A DNA stretch of 64,000 bases from a virus, in IMG/VR virus record IMGVR_UViG_3300048033_000857, positions 1 through 64,000 of that record. One strand, 5' to 3'. Positions 20,270 through 29,849 of the stretch are shown here, piece after piece. A program made the position numbers and the translations under genes. The notes beneath the pieces are model-generated. The model was not told the DNA's origin, did no database searches, and worked only from the letters and a program-made list of their open reading frames with translations. Positions within the stretch are counted from its first letter, which is position 1. Every line of letters starts with the position of its first letter.

Positions 20270-20712
20270 TGAAACATTGGGTAGAACATCATCCAGATTT
20301 TTGGTTACCTAATTGGGAATTAGTAATTGGAAACTTAGACGCCTGTCCAGACGAAGCAATTTTTCATATGGATAACTTAGGTGTTGCAGTACATCAAGTA
20401 TATTTAGAAGAGTATAAACCTATATTACATCTTGCAGATCATATTTCTAAAGAATACAATAACGCTCCTGTAACTGCTCAAACAATGATTAGTTTTATGT
20501 CTCGAAGCGGAAATTACGGAAAGCATGTTGACGAAGTAGACGTCTATATATTACAAGCATTAGGTCTAGTTAACGTGAGTGTTTGGGAAAACGAAAATGA
20601 ATACAAATATCAATTAACTCCGGGACATATGATACATATACCCAAAGGGCTATATCATCAGATAACTCCCTTATCGCCTAGAGTTAGTATTAGTTATGGA
20701 GTAGAAGAATGA
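20269..20712 (+). CDS. JmjC/cupin-like oxygenase
   Basis: HVD..DVYILQ..G, LTPG..IHIPKG.YH, RVSIS. Confidence 0.72.
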   Translation: MKHWVEHHPDFWLPNWELVIGNLDACPDEAIFHMDNLGVAVHQVYLEEYKPILHLADHISKEYNNAPVTAQTMISFMSRSGNYGKHVDEVDVYILQALGLVNVSVWENENEYKYQLTPGHMIHIPKGLYHQITPLSPRVSISYGVEE

Positions 20713-21470
20713 GAATTATAGCAGGTCCGTGTCAGCACGAAACACTAGCACAGAGTGCAGAGATTGCAAAGGAATGCAAGCGTGTATGCGACAAGTATGG
20801 CATTGAATATTACTTCAAAGCAAGTTTTGACAAAGCAAATCGCACAAGTGCTAATGGCAAACGTGGCGTAGGTTTGCATCCATTTGTACACGATATACTA
20901 GCACTCAAAGACACACTTGATGTAAAAACACTAACAGACGTACACGAAGTTGATCAAATACAATACCTCAAAGACATTGTAGATGTGCTACAGATTCCTG
21001 CATTCTTGTGTAGACAAACCGATCTTATTCGTGCAGCGTGTGATACTAACTGTGTAGTAAATATCAAAAAAGGACAGTTTCTTGCACCTTGGGACGTTGC
21101 AGGAATACTAAGTAAGTGTGAAGATGCCCGTGAGGTATGGATTACAGAGAGAGGTACTAGTTTTGGATATAATACTTTGGTTGTCGATTTTACCGGCCTT
21201 AGCTTTATGCTTGATAATTACGATTGTCCTATTGTGCTTGATGCCACGCACTCAGTACAGAAGCCAGGCGGCAACGGAACTAGTAGCGGCGGCAATAGGG
21301 ATTATGTTCCTGGCCTGGCTCGTGCAGCAAGTGCTTTGGGCGTTAGGAATTTCTTTTTAGAAGTACATGCCGATCCAGACAATGCACCTAGCGACGGTCC
21401 TAACATGCTACGCTTAGATCAATTTGAGGAGGTTGTTCGTGACATCATCAGCTATTCTTATTCCGGCTAG
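20709..21470 (+). CDS. kdsA: KDO8P synthase
   Basis: IAGPC, KASFDKANRTS, QIPAFLCRQTDL, KKGQF, ERG, DATHSVQ, SDG. Confidence 0.95.
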   Translation: MRIIAGPCQHETLAQSAEIAKECKRVCDKYGIEYYFKASFDKANRTSANGKRGVGLHPFVHDILALKDTLDVKTLTDVHEVDQIQYLKDIVDVLQIPAFLCRQTDLIRAACDTNCVVNIKKGQFLAPWDVAGILSKCEDAREVWITERGTSFGYNTLVVDFTGLSFMLDNYDCPIVLDATHSVQKPGGNGTSSGGNRDYVPGLARAASALGVRNFFLEVHADPDNAPSDGPNMLRLDQFEEVVRDIISYSYSG

Positions 21471-22128
21471 ATACGGTAGCACACGTTATCCTGGAAAGCC
21501 TTTGGCTATGTTAGATGGCGTTCCTATGATAAAGCGTGTGTATGACGCTTGTACAGCGTCTAAGATACCAACATACGTACTTACTGATGACATGCGTATA
21601 TACAATCTGTTTGGTCCTAACAAATGTTGGATTGATCAAACCGATTATGCTAACGGTACTGAACGATGTGCTGGTGCTATTAAGAATGACTTCTTTAGTG
21701 AGTACGATCAGTTTGTAAATGTACAAGGCGACATGCCAGATGTAACAGTTGAAATGATTGAGAAGTGTATTGAAAACTTATCGTACAATACTCTAGTAAG
21801 CACAGTATATACAGACATGCCGTTTGAGATGGAGATTGACCCTAACACAGTCAAAATGATAACAGCATATCCGAGCAAGGCATTATGGTTTGGTAGAGGA
21901 CTTAAAGGATACGGCGAATGGCACTTGGGTGTATATGGATACAAGCGCGGCGCACTACTAACCTATCCTAATTTAAAAGTTCCGCAAGAAGAAATTATCG
22001 AGCAACTAGAACAGCTACGCTGGTTAAAAAACGGTTGGCAAATAGTCTGTAGTAGTGTATACTTTAATGGAGTAGAGATTAATTCACCAGAGGATGTAGA
22101 AATATGGCAGCAGAAAAACTTAACTTAA
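21439..22128 (+). CDS. kdsB: CMP-KDO synthetase
   Basis: IPARYGSTRYPGKPL, GTER, NVQGD, EQLEQLRWL; GTG start after GAGGAGG. Confidence 0.92.
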   Translation: MTSSAILIPARYGSTRYPGKPLAMLDGVPMIKRVYDACTASKIPTYVLTDDMRIYNLFGPNKCWIDQTDYANGTERCAGAIKNDFFSEYDQFVNVQGDMPDVTVEMIEKCIENLSYNTLVSTVYTDMPFEMEIDPNTVKMITAYPSKALWFGRGLKGYGEWHLGVYGYKRGALLTYPNLKVPQEEIIEQLEQLRWLKNGWQIVCSSVYFNGVEINSPEDVEIWQQKNLT

Positions 22129-22571
22129 AGCAAATACTAGGCTGCGTAGATATGAACTACAAAGGCGCCTGGAAAGAATTTACCGACGACGAAAAGAAAT
22201 CAGTTGGTTTTTGGTTATTAAATAGATACGTAAGTAGTGTTAGCGGCAGTCGTGCAAAACAAGAACGAGCAGTCTTACGTACAAACAAATACTATAACAA
22301 AAATTTTAATGATATCGGTGTTGGAAAAGATAACGGGCATCAGGAATTAATGTGGCAGCTATTGTGTATGAGTGGTGCAACCGGAGACATACAGTTTCAT
22401 TCGTACATCGGTCATAAAAGAAAAGGTGAGTCAAACTCAAAGGCAGTTAAACTTATTGAACAGTTATATCCATATTTAAAAAATGACGAGGTTGAATTAC
22501 TTGCTAGAATATCTACAAAAAAAGAACTCCGAGAATTGGCTAAAGAGTATGACATTGACGTCAAACTCTGA
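22104..22571 (+). CDS. Possible clamp-loader small subunit (gp62-like)
   Basis: WLLNRYVS and H.EL.W.LL pattern; size and replication-gene context. Confidence 0.5.
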   Translation: MAAEKLNLKQILGCVDMNYKGAWKEFTDDEKKSVGFWLLNRYVSSVSGSRAKQERAVLRTNKYYNKNFNDIGVGKDNGHQELMWQLLCMSGATGDIQFHSYIGHKRKGESNSKAVKLIEQLYPYLKNDEVELLARISTKKELRELAKEYDIDVKL

Positions 22572-23250
22572 AAAGCCATATGTCTGTGAATACTGCGGCA
22601 GCGGTTATGTAAGAGAAAAAACTCTTGCAGCTCATATGTGTGAAAAGAAAAGACGCTGGATGCAAAAAGATGAAAAGCGTGTAAGGCACGGTCTGTATGC
22701 TTTTAATAGATTTTATAAACTTAGTGCAGGCGCCAAGAAAGAAAAAACATATGACGAATTTGTTAACAGTCAGTACTACAATGCATTTGTAAAGTTTGGC
22801 AGTTTTATTAGTAATGTTAAACCTTTATATCCCGAACGTTACATAGACTGGGTAGTTAAGAGTGGAGTAAAATTAGATCACTGGTGCAGAGATAGTCTAT
22901 ACGAAAAATATGTTCTTGAATTTATCCTTAAAGAAGATGTTACTACAGCATTAGAGCGTAGTGTAAAACACATGTTAGAATGGGCCGAAGAACACCAGCC
23001 CGCTCCATGGAATCATTATTTTCAACATGTAAGTTTAAATCGAGCAGTATGGCATATTAAAGACGGTAAGATTAGTCCTTGGCTCATTCTTAACTGCGAT
23101 AGCGGTCGAGAAATGTTAAGTAAGTTTAATGATGAGCAATTAGGTATGGTTTATCATGTTATTAACCCGGAACATTGGTCAATAAGATTTAAAAGATTGC
23201 CCAATGACGTACAATTAGTAAAAGATATTGCTAAGGAAAGTAAGTTATGA
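22549..23250 (+). CDS. Phage protein with N-terminal zinc finger
   Basis: KPYVCEYC..Y.....LAAHMC. Confidence 0.65.
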   Translation: MTLTSNSEKPYVCEYCGSGYVREKTLAAHMCEKKRRWMQKDEKRVRHGLYAFNRFYKLSAGAKKEKTYDEFVNSQYYNAFVKFGSFISNVKPLYPERYIDWVVKSGVKLDHWCRDSLYEKYVLEFILKEDVTTALERSVKHMLEWAEEHQPAPWNHYFQHVSLNRAVWHIKDGKISPWLILNCDSGREMLSKFNDEQLGMVYHVINPEHWSIRFKRLPNDVQLVKDIAKESKL

Positions 23251-23675
23251 AAATTTTAATATGCGGCTTGCCTGGTAGTGGTAAAACCACACTAGCAGAA
23301 CCGTTTGCAAAACTAATTGGTGCTGTACACATTAACGCAGATGCAGTACGTAAAGAATATGACGATTGGGACTTTACACCCGAAGGACGTATTCGTCAAG
23401 CACAACGTATGCGCTATCTAGCAGACGGAGTTGTAAAGGCAGGCAAAGTTGCAGTAGCAGACTTTGTTGCACCAACGCCAAAAGCACGTGAAGAGTTTGG
23501 TGCAGACTATGTAGTGTGGATGGATACTATCAAAGAAGGTAGATTCGAAGATACAAACGCAATGTATGTACCTTTAGAAAAAGATCAATATGACTATCAT
23601 GTATCTGAGTGGTTTGAAGATACTCATTTACAGTTAATGCAAATAGTGTCAAAGTATTTAGAAGATGGAAAATAA
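23247..23675 (+). CDS. Adenylylsulfate kinase-like P-loop kinase
   Basis: GLPGSGKTT, NADAVR, DF...GR.RQA.RM, DFVAP. Confidence 0.72.
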   Translation: MKILICGLPGSGKTTLAEPFAKLIGAVHINADAVRKEYDDWDFTPEGRIRQAQRMRYLADGVVKAGKVAVADFVAPTPKAREEFGADYVVWMDTIKEGRFEDTNAMYVPLEKDQYDYHVSEWFEDTHLQLMQIVSKYLEDGK

Positions 23676-23880
23676 AGTATCCCCTAAGCGTCACTTAGCA
23701 AAGGCAATAACGTGGCGTGTTATAGCAAGTATTACTACAGTACTTATTGCATGGTATTTTGGATTGCCTCCAAAAGCAATAGGAGCAGTATTCATAGCAG
23801 ACTTAGTTATCAAGTTTGCTTTGTATTATGCTCACGAACGTGTGTGGTATAAACATATACAGTATGGAGTTAAAGAATGA
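23665..23880 (+). CDS. DUF2061-like small membrane protein
   Basis: RHLAKAITWR...YYAHERVW. Confidence 0.75.
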   Translation: MENKVSPKRHLAKAITWRVIASITTVLIAWYFGLPPKAIGAVFIADLVIKFALYYAHERVWYKHIQYGVKE

Positions 23881-24290
23881 GTTTTGATTGGCAAAAACCT
23901 ACAGCACAAATGTTAGGCAGATGGCAACCGTGGCACGATGGTCACACAGCACTATTTAAAAAAGCACTTATGGAGACTGGCCAAGTAGCCATTATGATAC
24001 GCGATGTCGGCGGCATCGTAGGGCAAGATGCAGGTGCTGGACGTACTGTAGCACAAGACGATAACCCATTTGACTTTGAAGTAGTTTATAACAATATTGA
24101 AATGGGACTAGCCGAAGCAGGATTTACATATGGCATAGAATATATTATAATGAAAGTTCCAAACATTGTAGATATTAGTTATGGCCGTGGTGTTGGTTAC
24201 ACATTTACACAACACGACTTAGGTGAAGAGATACACAATATTAGTGCTACACAGATTAGAGCTAAACTAAGAGAAGAAGGTAAACTATAA
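23877..24290 (+). CDS. HxGH nucleotidyltransferase-like protein
   Basis: GRWQPWHDGH, DNPF, YGRGVGY, ISATQIR. Confidence 0.75.
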   Translation: MSFDWQKPTAQMLGRWQPWHDGHTALFKKALMETGQVAIMIRDVGGIVGQDAGAGRTVAQDDNPFDFEVVYNNIEMGLAEAGFTYGIEYIIMKVPNIVDISYGRGVGYTFTQHDLGEEIHNISATQIRAKLREEGKL

Positions 24291-24859
24291 TGCCTGATAT
24301 TGATATTGACTTTGCTGACAGAAATATTATACTATCTAAACTAAAGCATCGTGTAGCTAAACTCGACAGCGGCAAGAAGCATAACACCGGCGTATATGTA
24401 ACTGAGATACCACATAACCCGTTTAACGAAATTGCAACAATCGAACACAAGGCAGCAGAAGACCGCGGCTACTTTAAATTAGACTTTCTAAATGTAAGCA
24501 TTTATAAAGATGTAAAAGATGATAAACACTTAACAGCACTTATGGAGCGTGAACCTTTATGGGAACTTTTACAACACGAAGAATTTGTGGATCAACTATT
24601 TCATTTACACGGGCATACGGAAATACTCAAGAAGACTTGCCCTACTTCCGTGGAACAATTAGCTGCCGTCCTTGCTATGATAAGACCAGCGAAGAGACAT
24701 TTGATTGGGAAGACATGGAACGAGATAATGAACGAAGTTTGGACTAAGCCGGAAGACGATGCTTACTACTTTAAAAAAGCACACGCAATGAGTTATGCGT
24801 TTGCTGTAATAGTACATATGAATTTATTATGTGAGGAATTTAATGACAGTAAAGGTTAA
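24290..24859 (+). CDS. Short DNA polymerase III alpha (DnaE)-like protein (palm fragment)
   Basis: MPDIDIDF, KHNTGVY, GYFKLDFL, LAMIRP, YYFKKAHA.SYA. Confidence 0.82.
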   Translation: MPDIDIDFADRNIILSKLKHRVAKLDSGKKHNTGVYVTEIPHNPFNEIATIEHKAAEDRGYFKLDFLNVSIYKDVKDDKHLTALMEREPLWELLQHEEFVDQLFHLHGHTEILKKTCPTSVEQLAAVLAMIRPAKRHLIGKTWNEIMNEVWTKPEDDAYYFKKAHAMSYAFAVIVHMNLLCEEFNDSKG

Positions 24860-25556
24860 ATTTTATTCTAAATTTAAAGAGTTAGAAATGTCTCTGCCGC
24901 CGGTTCCTGCTAGTAAATTTTGGCCTGAATGGTTTAAAAACCAAAGACCAATTATAGACGGTAACGATCAACAATATGCAAGTACTGTACGTAAATGTCC
25001 GGCAATACTGGATATTCTTAGTACTGGTTATATTATTCCTTTATGGAGTGATTTTAAATTAAAACGTACAAATAAAAATGAAATGGGTTACTTAATGCCT
25101 CCAGCAGCTTCAGAATTATTTGGAGGCATTACTACACATGCTAAACCTCAAATTGATAATTATCCTTTTGACAATGATACATTTCCGGGCAGTGTAAAAT
25201 TTATGAATCCTTGGGGAATAGTAACTCCACCAGGTTATAGTTGTATGGTTGTTAGTCCGTATTATCATTCTCATCCTCATATACGAGCAATGAACGGAAT
25301 TATTGAAACAGACAGATATCACGAAGCACATATTAATACATTTTTTAATGCAAAAATAAATGAAGAAATTGAGCTTAAAAGAGGAATGCCGCTAGTCCAA
25401 GTAATTCCGTTTAAAAGAGAAGAATACGAAATGGAAACAATTACCGGAGACGGTCGTAGTTGGATTAGCAGAATTCGTGATTTTGTTTCTGATACTCAGT
25501 TTCTTGGTGACGTAAAAAGATATAGAGACGAGTTATATACTAAACGTTATAAGTAA
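24843..25556 (+). CDS. Hypothetical protein (paralog of 16557-17273)
   Basis: PEWFK, TVRKCPAILD, GYIIPLWSD, KFMNPW, TPPGYS, PLVQVIPFKRE. Confidence 0.65.
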   Translation: MTVKVKFYSKFKELEMSLPPVPASKFWPEWFKNQRPIIDGNDQQYASTVRKCPAILDILSTGYIIPLWSDFKLKRTNKNEMGYLMPPAASELFGGITTHAKPQIDNYPFDNDTFPGSVKFMNPWGIVTPPGYSCMVVSPYYHSHPHIRAMNGIIETDRYHEAHINTFFNAKINEEIELKRGMPLVQVIPFKREEYEMETITGDGRSWISRIRDFVSDTQFLGDVKRYRDELYTKRYK

Positions 25557-25558
25557 TT

Positions 25559-25930
25559 TTAATTTTTAGGATTCTTTATAAGTTGGACATTTTTACGTTT
25601 CACTCGTTTGACTGCTAAGTTATTTAGATTAACACATGGTCCTAATGTAACCTTTACATCTTTAGAATTCATAGTCATGAGTGCATAACGAAATAATTCC
25701 ATTTCTCGTCTTAAAAAGATATTAATAGGAATCATTCGATTTGACTCCCACCACCAAGCTTCGCCTGCTTCTAAAAATAATTCTTTATCCTGCACAGACC
25801 TTAACGAAGTAAAGACATACATAGTGGTAACATGCTGATCTTGATTAGCAATAAGACCAACGTATTCGTTCCCCCCGTAAGTTACTACGCTTATAAATGG
25901 ATAATTTTCTTGTATGTCTTTTGTTAACAT
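25559..25930 (-). CDS. Hypothetical phage protein
   Basis: Likely start MLTKD at 25930; WWWESNRMIPINIFL. Confidence 0.7.
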   Translation of the reverse strand: MLTKDIQENYPFISVVTYGGNEYVGLIANQDQHVTTMYVFTSLRSVQDKELFLEAGEAWWWESNRMIPINIFLRREMELFRYALMTMNSKDVKVTLGPCVNLNNLAVKRVKRKNVQLIKNPKN

Positions 25931-25951
25931 GTTATTCCGATAAATATAATT

Positions 25952-26719
25952 ATGCAATTAATACCTAGATATTTAGTCTCAAACAAAACTACAATTGTAG
26001 CTAATGAAGCAGGATTCGTCACGGAGTACAAACCAGTGTATCAAAAACATATAAACATATATAAAGGCATTGATAATGTCTTAGAATTTAAAATTTTAAA
26101 TGTAGATCAAAAATCAATTGATTTAACAAATTATATTACAAAGTTTCAGGCTTACGATGAAACTAACAGACTTGTTATTGAGCACGATGGTATTAATGTA
26201 AATGCTACAAAAGGACTAGTTAAAGTTACAGTTACACAAAATGATTTACTTAATTTTGATCAACAATACTTTAGCTATAATATTCACTTAGTTAATCAAA
26301 ATTCTGAGTCTGTAATAACTTATACAGATTCGCATTTTGGTATGAATGGTACTATATATGTTAGTGACGAAGCAATGCCAGGACCAGCAGATACAGCAGA
26401 AGTTTCTGCAATATCAGTTCTTGGTAACGACGAATGGGAAATTGGTCCAGTGACTGCCGAACCGGGAATTAATGGTAACGAAGCTCTCCATACAGCAGCA
26501 ATATATACATCTGGATATATTGGAGATGTAATTGTACAAGCAACATTAGATAGTCAAGTAACTAATCAAACTAACTGGGCAGATGTAACTACAGTTACAT
26601 TTACAGGTTCTGAAAATCAACCCAAGGCTATAAACTTCAACGGAGTATTTAATCATTTAAGATTCTATACGCAATCAGATCCAACAGATAAAATAACTAA
26701 AATCTTAGTCAGAAACTGA
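25952..26719 (+). CDS. Probable virion structural protein (beta-rich)
   Basis: TAAATA 25941-46 five nt before ATG; IYKGIDNVLEF..N.DQK. Confidence 0.55.
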   Translation: MQLIPRYLVSNKTTIVANEAGFVTEYKPVYQKHINIYKGIDNVLEFKILNVDQKSIDLTNYITKFQAYDETNRLVIEHDGINVNATKGLVKVTVTQNDLLNFDQQYFSYNIHLVNQNSESVITYTDSHFGMNGTIYVSDEAMPGPADTAEVSAISVLGNDEWEIGPVTAEPGINGNEALHTAAIYTSGYIGDVIVQATLDSQVTNQTNWADVTTVTFTGSENQPKAINFNGVFNHLRFYTQSDPTDKITKILVRN

Positions 26720-26748
26720 TTGACAACTCGCACACTCTGCGCTATAAT
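26720..26748 (+). promoter_or_regulatory. Consensus sigma70 promoter, probable leaderless mRNA
   Basis: TTGACA(26720-25)-17-TATAAT(26743-48)-6 nt-ATG(26755). Confidence 0.85.
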
Positions 26749-26754
26749 AAGAGT

Positions 26755-27738
26755 ATGAGTGTAGTTAATGAAACAGTTCTGACATACTTGCCTGCTAAGA
26801 GGAAACAAACTCCTAGTGGCTGGCTAAGTTTCAATGCGCCCTGTTGTCATAACAATGGCAACAGTGCAGATACTCGTGGCAGGGGTGGTTTAATTAGCAA
26901 CCCCGATGGAGGCGTAAGTTATCATTGCTTTAACTGCGGCTTCAAAGCATCCTGGCAACCGGGCAGGAATTTCTCACACAAGTTACGAAAACTCCTACAG
27001 TGGATGGGAGCGCCTGACGATATAATCAATAAGGTGGCGTTGGAAGTGATGAGAGAGAATGAAGGTGTAGAGGCTAAAACACGCATTGCCGAACTGCCCT
27101 CATTCAACACTGTCCCGTTGCCAGAAGATGCTATAAAGATTACAGACATTACAGACTTTAATAAGTTTAGTATGGCAGTGCTTGAGTATATGGCTGCACG
27201 TAATCTAAATGTAGATGATACAGACTATTACTGGTCACCTAGCTTAGGCTATCGTGATAGATTGATTATACCATTCTACTTTGAAGGACGTATAGTAGGA
27301 TGGACGGCAAGAACTATCACAGCAGACAAAAAGCCCAAGTACCTTACAGAAGTACAGCCGGGCTTTGTATACGGACTAGACGAACAGGGCTACAACAAAG
27401 TATTTGCTATTGTGTGCGAAGGTCAACTAGATGCTATTCATATAGAAGGCTGCGCAATAGGCGGGTCAGAAATTTCTGACCAGCAAGCAATGTTGTTAAA
27501 TAGACTACAGAAGCAAATTATTGTTGTGCCTGATAGAGACAGTGCAGGTAAGAAACTTGTCGAACGTGCTATTGAATTAGGTTTTAGTGTTAGTATGCCT
27601 GAGTGGACTGATGACATAAACGACATAGGCGATTGCGTACAACGTAACGGTAGACTATATACACTACATAGTATTGCAACTAGTGCATTAGATAGCGCAC
27701 TTAAAATTAGACTAAGGGCAAAGAAATGGTTTATATAA
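26755..27738 (+). CDS. DNA primase (T4 gp61-like)
   Basis: Zn-binding NAPCC...YHCFNC, RLIIPF..GRIVGW.AR, TOPRIM CEGQLDA, PDRD, DIGD. Confidence 0.9.
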   Translation: MSVVNETVLTYLPAKRKQTPSGWLSFNAPCCHNNGNSADTRGRGGLISNPDGGVSYHCFNCGFKASWQPGRNFSHKLRKLLQWMGAPDDIINKVALEVMRENEGVEAKTRIAELPSFNTVPLPEDAIKITDITDFNKFSMAVLEYMAARNLNVDDTDYYWSPSLGYRDRLIIPFYFEGRIVGWTARTITADKKPKYLTEVQPGFVYGLDEQGYNKVFAIVCEGQLDAIHIEGCAIGGSEISDQQAMLLNRLQKQIIVVPDRDSAGKKLVERAIELGFSVSMPEWTDDINDIGDCVQRNGRLYTLHSIATSALDSALKIRLRAKKWFI

Positions 27739-27848
27739 AAAAGTTTTGGGGGTGGATTGCAACTCCGTATCGACGTTATAAAGAACGCCGAGCAATTAAA
27801 AAACGTTTAGAAGAACTTAAAAAATCAGATCCGTTTATTTACAAATGA
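27726..27848 (+). CDS. 40-aa basic microprotein (not in ORF track)
   Basis: MVYIKKFWGWIATPYRRYKERRAIKKRLEELKKSDPFIYK*; fills the gap and overlaps the next ATG (ATGA). Confidence 0.65.
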   Translation: MVYIKKFWGWIATPYRRYKERRAIKKRLEELKKSDPFIYK

Positions 27849-29311
27849 TCACATGGGGCATATCAGCAAATAGTCACGATGCTGCACTAGCAGTGTTTAC
27901 TGACGAAGGACTAGAGTTTGCTAGTCACGCCGAACGCTTTAGTGGAGTTAAGAACGATGCACATCTTAATAAAGAGATAATTAACTATGCACGTCGATGG
28001 GGAGAGCCTGATGAAATTATTTGGTACGAAAGACCCTTTAGAAAAACTCTTAGACAGCTTCGAGCAGGACAAGGATTCAACTTTAGGGAAAACAATATCA
28101 ATCGTTATCTTCGATCTTATGATATATCTGCTCCTATTAAGTATACTAGTCATCACCATTCCCATGCTGCTGCCGGTTTTTATACTAGTCCTTTTGCAGA
28201 AGCCACTGTTGTTTGTATTGACAGTATTGGAGAATTCGAAACGCTGACTATATGGGAAGGCAAGGACAACGGACTAAAGCAAGTTTATAGTCAAGGGTAT
28301 CCGCACAGCATAGGACTATGGTACAGTGCAATGACGCAACGTGTGGGCCTTAAGCCTAACGAAGACGAATACATCCTAATGGGTATGGCAGCATATGGGG
28401 ACCCCCATAGACTGTTTATGGACATACTCAACGACTTTATTGACAAGACTGGTATAGGGTACGATCCTAAGATTAAAATAAAGCATAACCTACATCGAGG
28501 GTGCAAGTGGTGGCGTCCTGATCTTACTACCGAACAAGACATGTATGACATTGCAGCAGCTACCCAAAAGGTATATGAATATATACTATGTAACACTCTG
28601 CTATGGGCCAGTAGAAACTTTGCTAGCAAGAACCTTGTACTCATGGGAGGGTGTGCGCTTAACTGTAGTGCTAACAGTATTGCTTATCGCTTTTACGACA
28701 ACGTATGGATTATGCCCAACCCAGGAGACGCAGGCAGTGCTATAGGTGCTGTGCTTGCACACAAAAAAGAAACATTGCCTATGACACATGCGTACTTGGG
28801 CTACAACATCGAAGGAGAGTATCCAGTTGAAGAAACAATCAGCGAACTCAAGAAAACGGGAATCGTGGGTGTTGCGAATGGTAGGGCGGAGTTTGGCCCT
28901 CGTGCTTTTGGCAATCGCAGCCTACTTGCTGATCCCCGTGGTAACGACATCAAGCACAGAGTCAATGACATCAAGCAGCGACAGCAGTTCCGACCCTTTG
29001 CCCCAGTGGTGCTCGAAGAGTATGCAAGTGACAATTTTGAAGGGTACTACAACAACTATATGCAGTTTACCTCCACCTGCACCAATCCAGACTTGTATCC
29101 TGCCATCGTACACGCAGACGGCACCAGTAGAGTCCAAGTGGTACCAAGAGATGGTAGCGGAATACGAGCTTTGTTAGAGCGTTGGTATGAAGAAACAGGA
29201 TGTCCTATGTTACTAAACACAAGCCTAAATATCAAAGGAAAACCGATGGTAAATGATAAACAAGATGCACAGGAATTTACAAAAAAGTATGGAGTTAAAG
29301 TATGCAGTTAG
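27845..29311 (+). CDS. Carbamoyltransferase (NodU/CmcH family)
   Basis: HDAA, ERFSG.K, HHHSHAA, D.IGE, GGCALNC, PGDAG, EFGPRA.GNRS, FRPFAP, LLNTSLN. Confidence 0.93.
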   Translation: MITWGISANSHDAALAVFTDEGLEFASHAERFSGVKNDAHLNKEIINYARRWGEPDEIIWYERPFRKTLRQLRAGQGFNFRENNINRYLRSYDISAPIKYTSHHHSHAAAGFYTSPFAEATVVCIDSIGEFETLTIWEGKDNGLKQVYSQGYPHSIGLWYSAMTQRVGLKPNEDEYILMGMAAYGDPHRLFMDILNDFIDKTGIGYDPKIKIKHNLHRGCKWWRPDLTTEQDMYDIAAATQKVYEYILCNTLLWASRNFASKNLVLMGGCALNCSANSIAYRFYDNVWIMPNPGDAGSAIGAVLAHKKETLPMTHAYLGYNIEGEYPVEETISELKKTGIVGVANGRAEFGPRAFGNRSLLADPRGNDIKHRVNDIKQRQQFRPFAPVVLEEYASDNFEGYYNNYMQFTSTCTNPDLYPAIVHADGTSRVQVVPRDGSGIRALLERWYEETGCPMLLNTSLNIKGKPMVNDKQDAQEFTKKYGVKVCS

Positions 29312-29814
29312 AAGATGGTATACATTATAAAGTGGTAGATGATTTTTTGCCACAAGATCATTTTGACGAAATTCAAAATTATGTTATTTTAAATAAAAAT
29401 AATATGTTAGGCTGGACATTTGTATCTAATATTAATACTAAACATACTGACAATGATAATAACTGTTACTTCGAACATCTTATATATCATCAAGGGCCGC
29501 AAAGTGCATTATATGAATTATTTGATCCACTGTGGAATATGTTACAAATTAAATCATTAATTAGAATAAAAGCAAATTGTTATCCTGCAAAAGATACTTT
29601 AGTTACACATGCAGCACACAAGGATGCTGAATTTGATCATAACGGTGCTATCTTATCGTTAAATGACTGTGACGGTTATACACAATTACTCGACGGGACT
29701 AAAATAGAAAGTAAAGCAAATAGATTATTAATTTTTAATGCAGGGTTAGACCATAGCAGTACTAATTGTACTGATCAAAAAGCAAGGTTTAATATTAATA
29801 TAAATTATTTCTAA
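29302..29814 (+). CDS. 2OG-Fe(II) oxygenase-like protein
   Basis: VDDFL, RIKAN, H.D, NRLLIF...H, RFNININY. Confidence 0.72.
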   Translation: MQLEDGIHYKVVDDFLPQDHFDEIQNYVILNKNNMLGWTFVSNINTKHTDNDNNCYFEHLIYHQGPQSALYELFDPLWNMLQIKSLIRIKANCYPAKDTLVTHAAHKDAEFDHNGAILSLNDCDGYTQLLDGTKIESKANRLLIFNAGLDHSSTNCTDQKARFNININYF

Positions 29815-29843
29815 TTGACATATGTTGTAAAAGGTTATATAAT
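29815..29843 (+). promoter_or_regulatory. Consensus sigma70 promoter, probable leaderless mRNA
   Basis: TTGACA(29815-20)-17-TATAAT(29838-43)-6 nt-ATG(29850). Confidence 0.85.
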
Positions 29844-29849
29844 ATACAC

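Noticed and set aside
24290-24859. dnaE pseudogene
   Set aside because: Catalytic motifs are intact, start and stop are coupled to neighbours, and no adjacent frameshifted remnants are visible
28788-29177. 129-aa overlapping ORF in a GC-richer part of the carbamoyltransferase
   Set aside because: Alternate frame of a well-conserved domain with no RBS or motif; explained by local stop-codon scarcity
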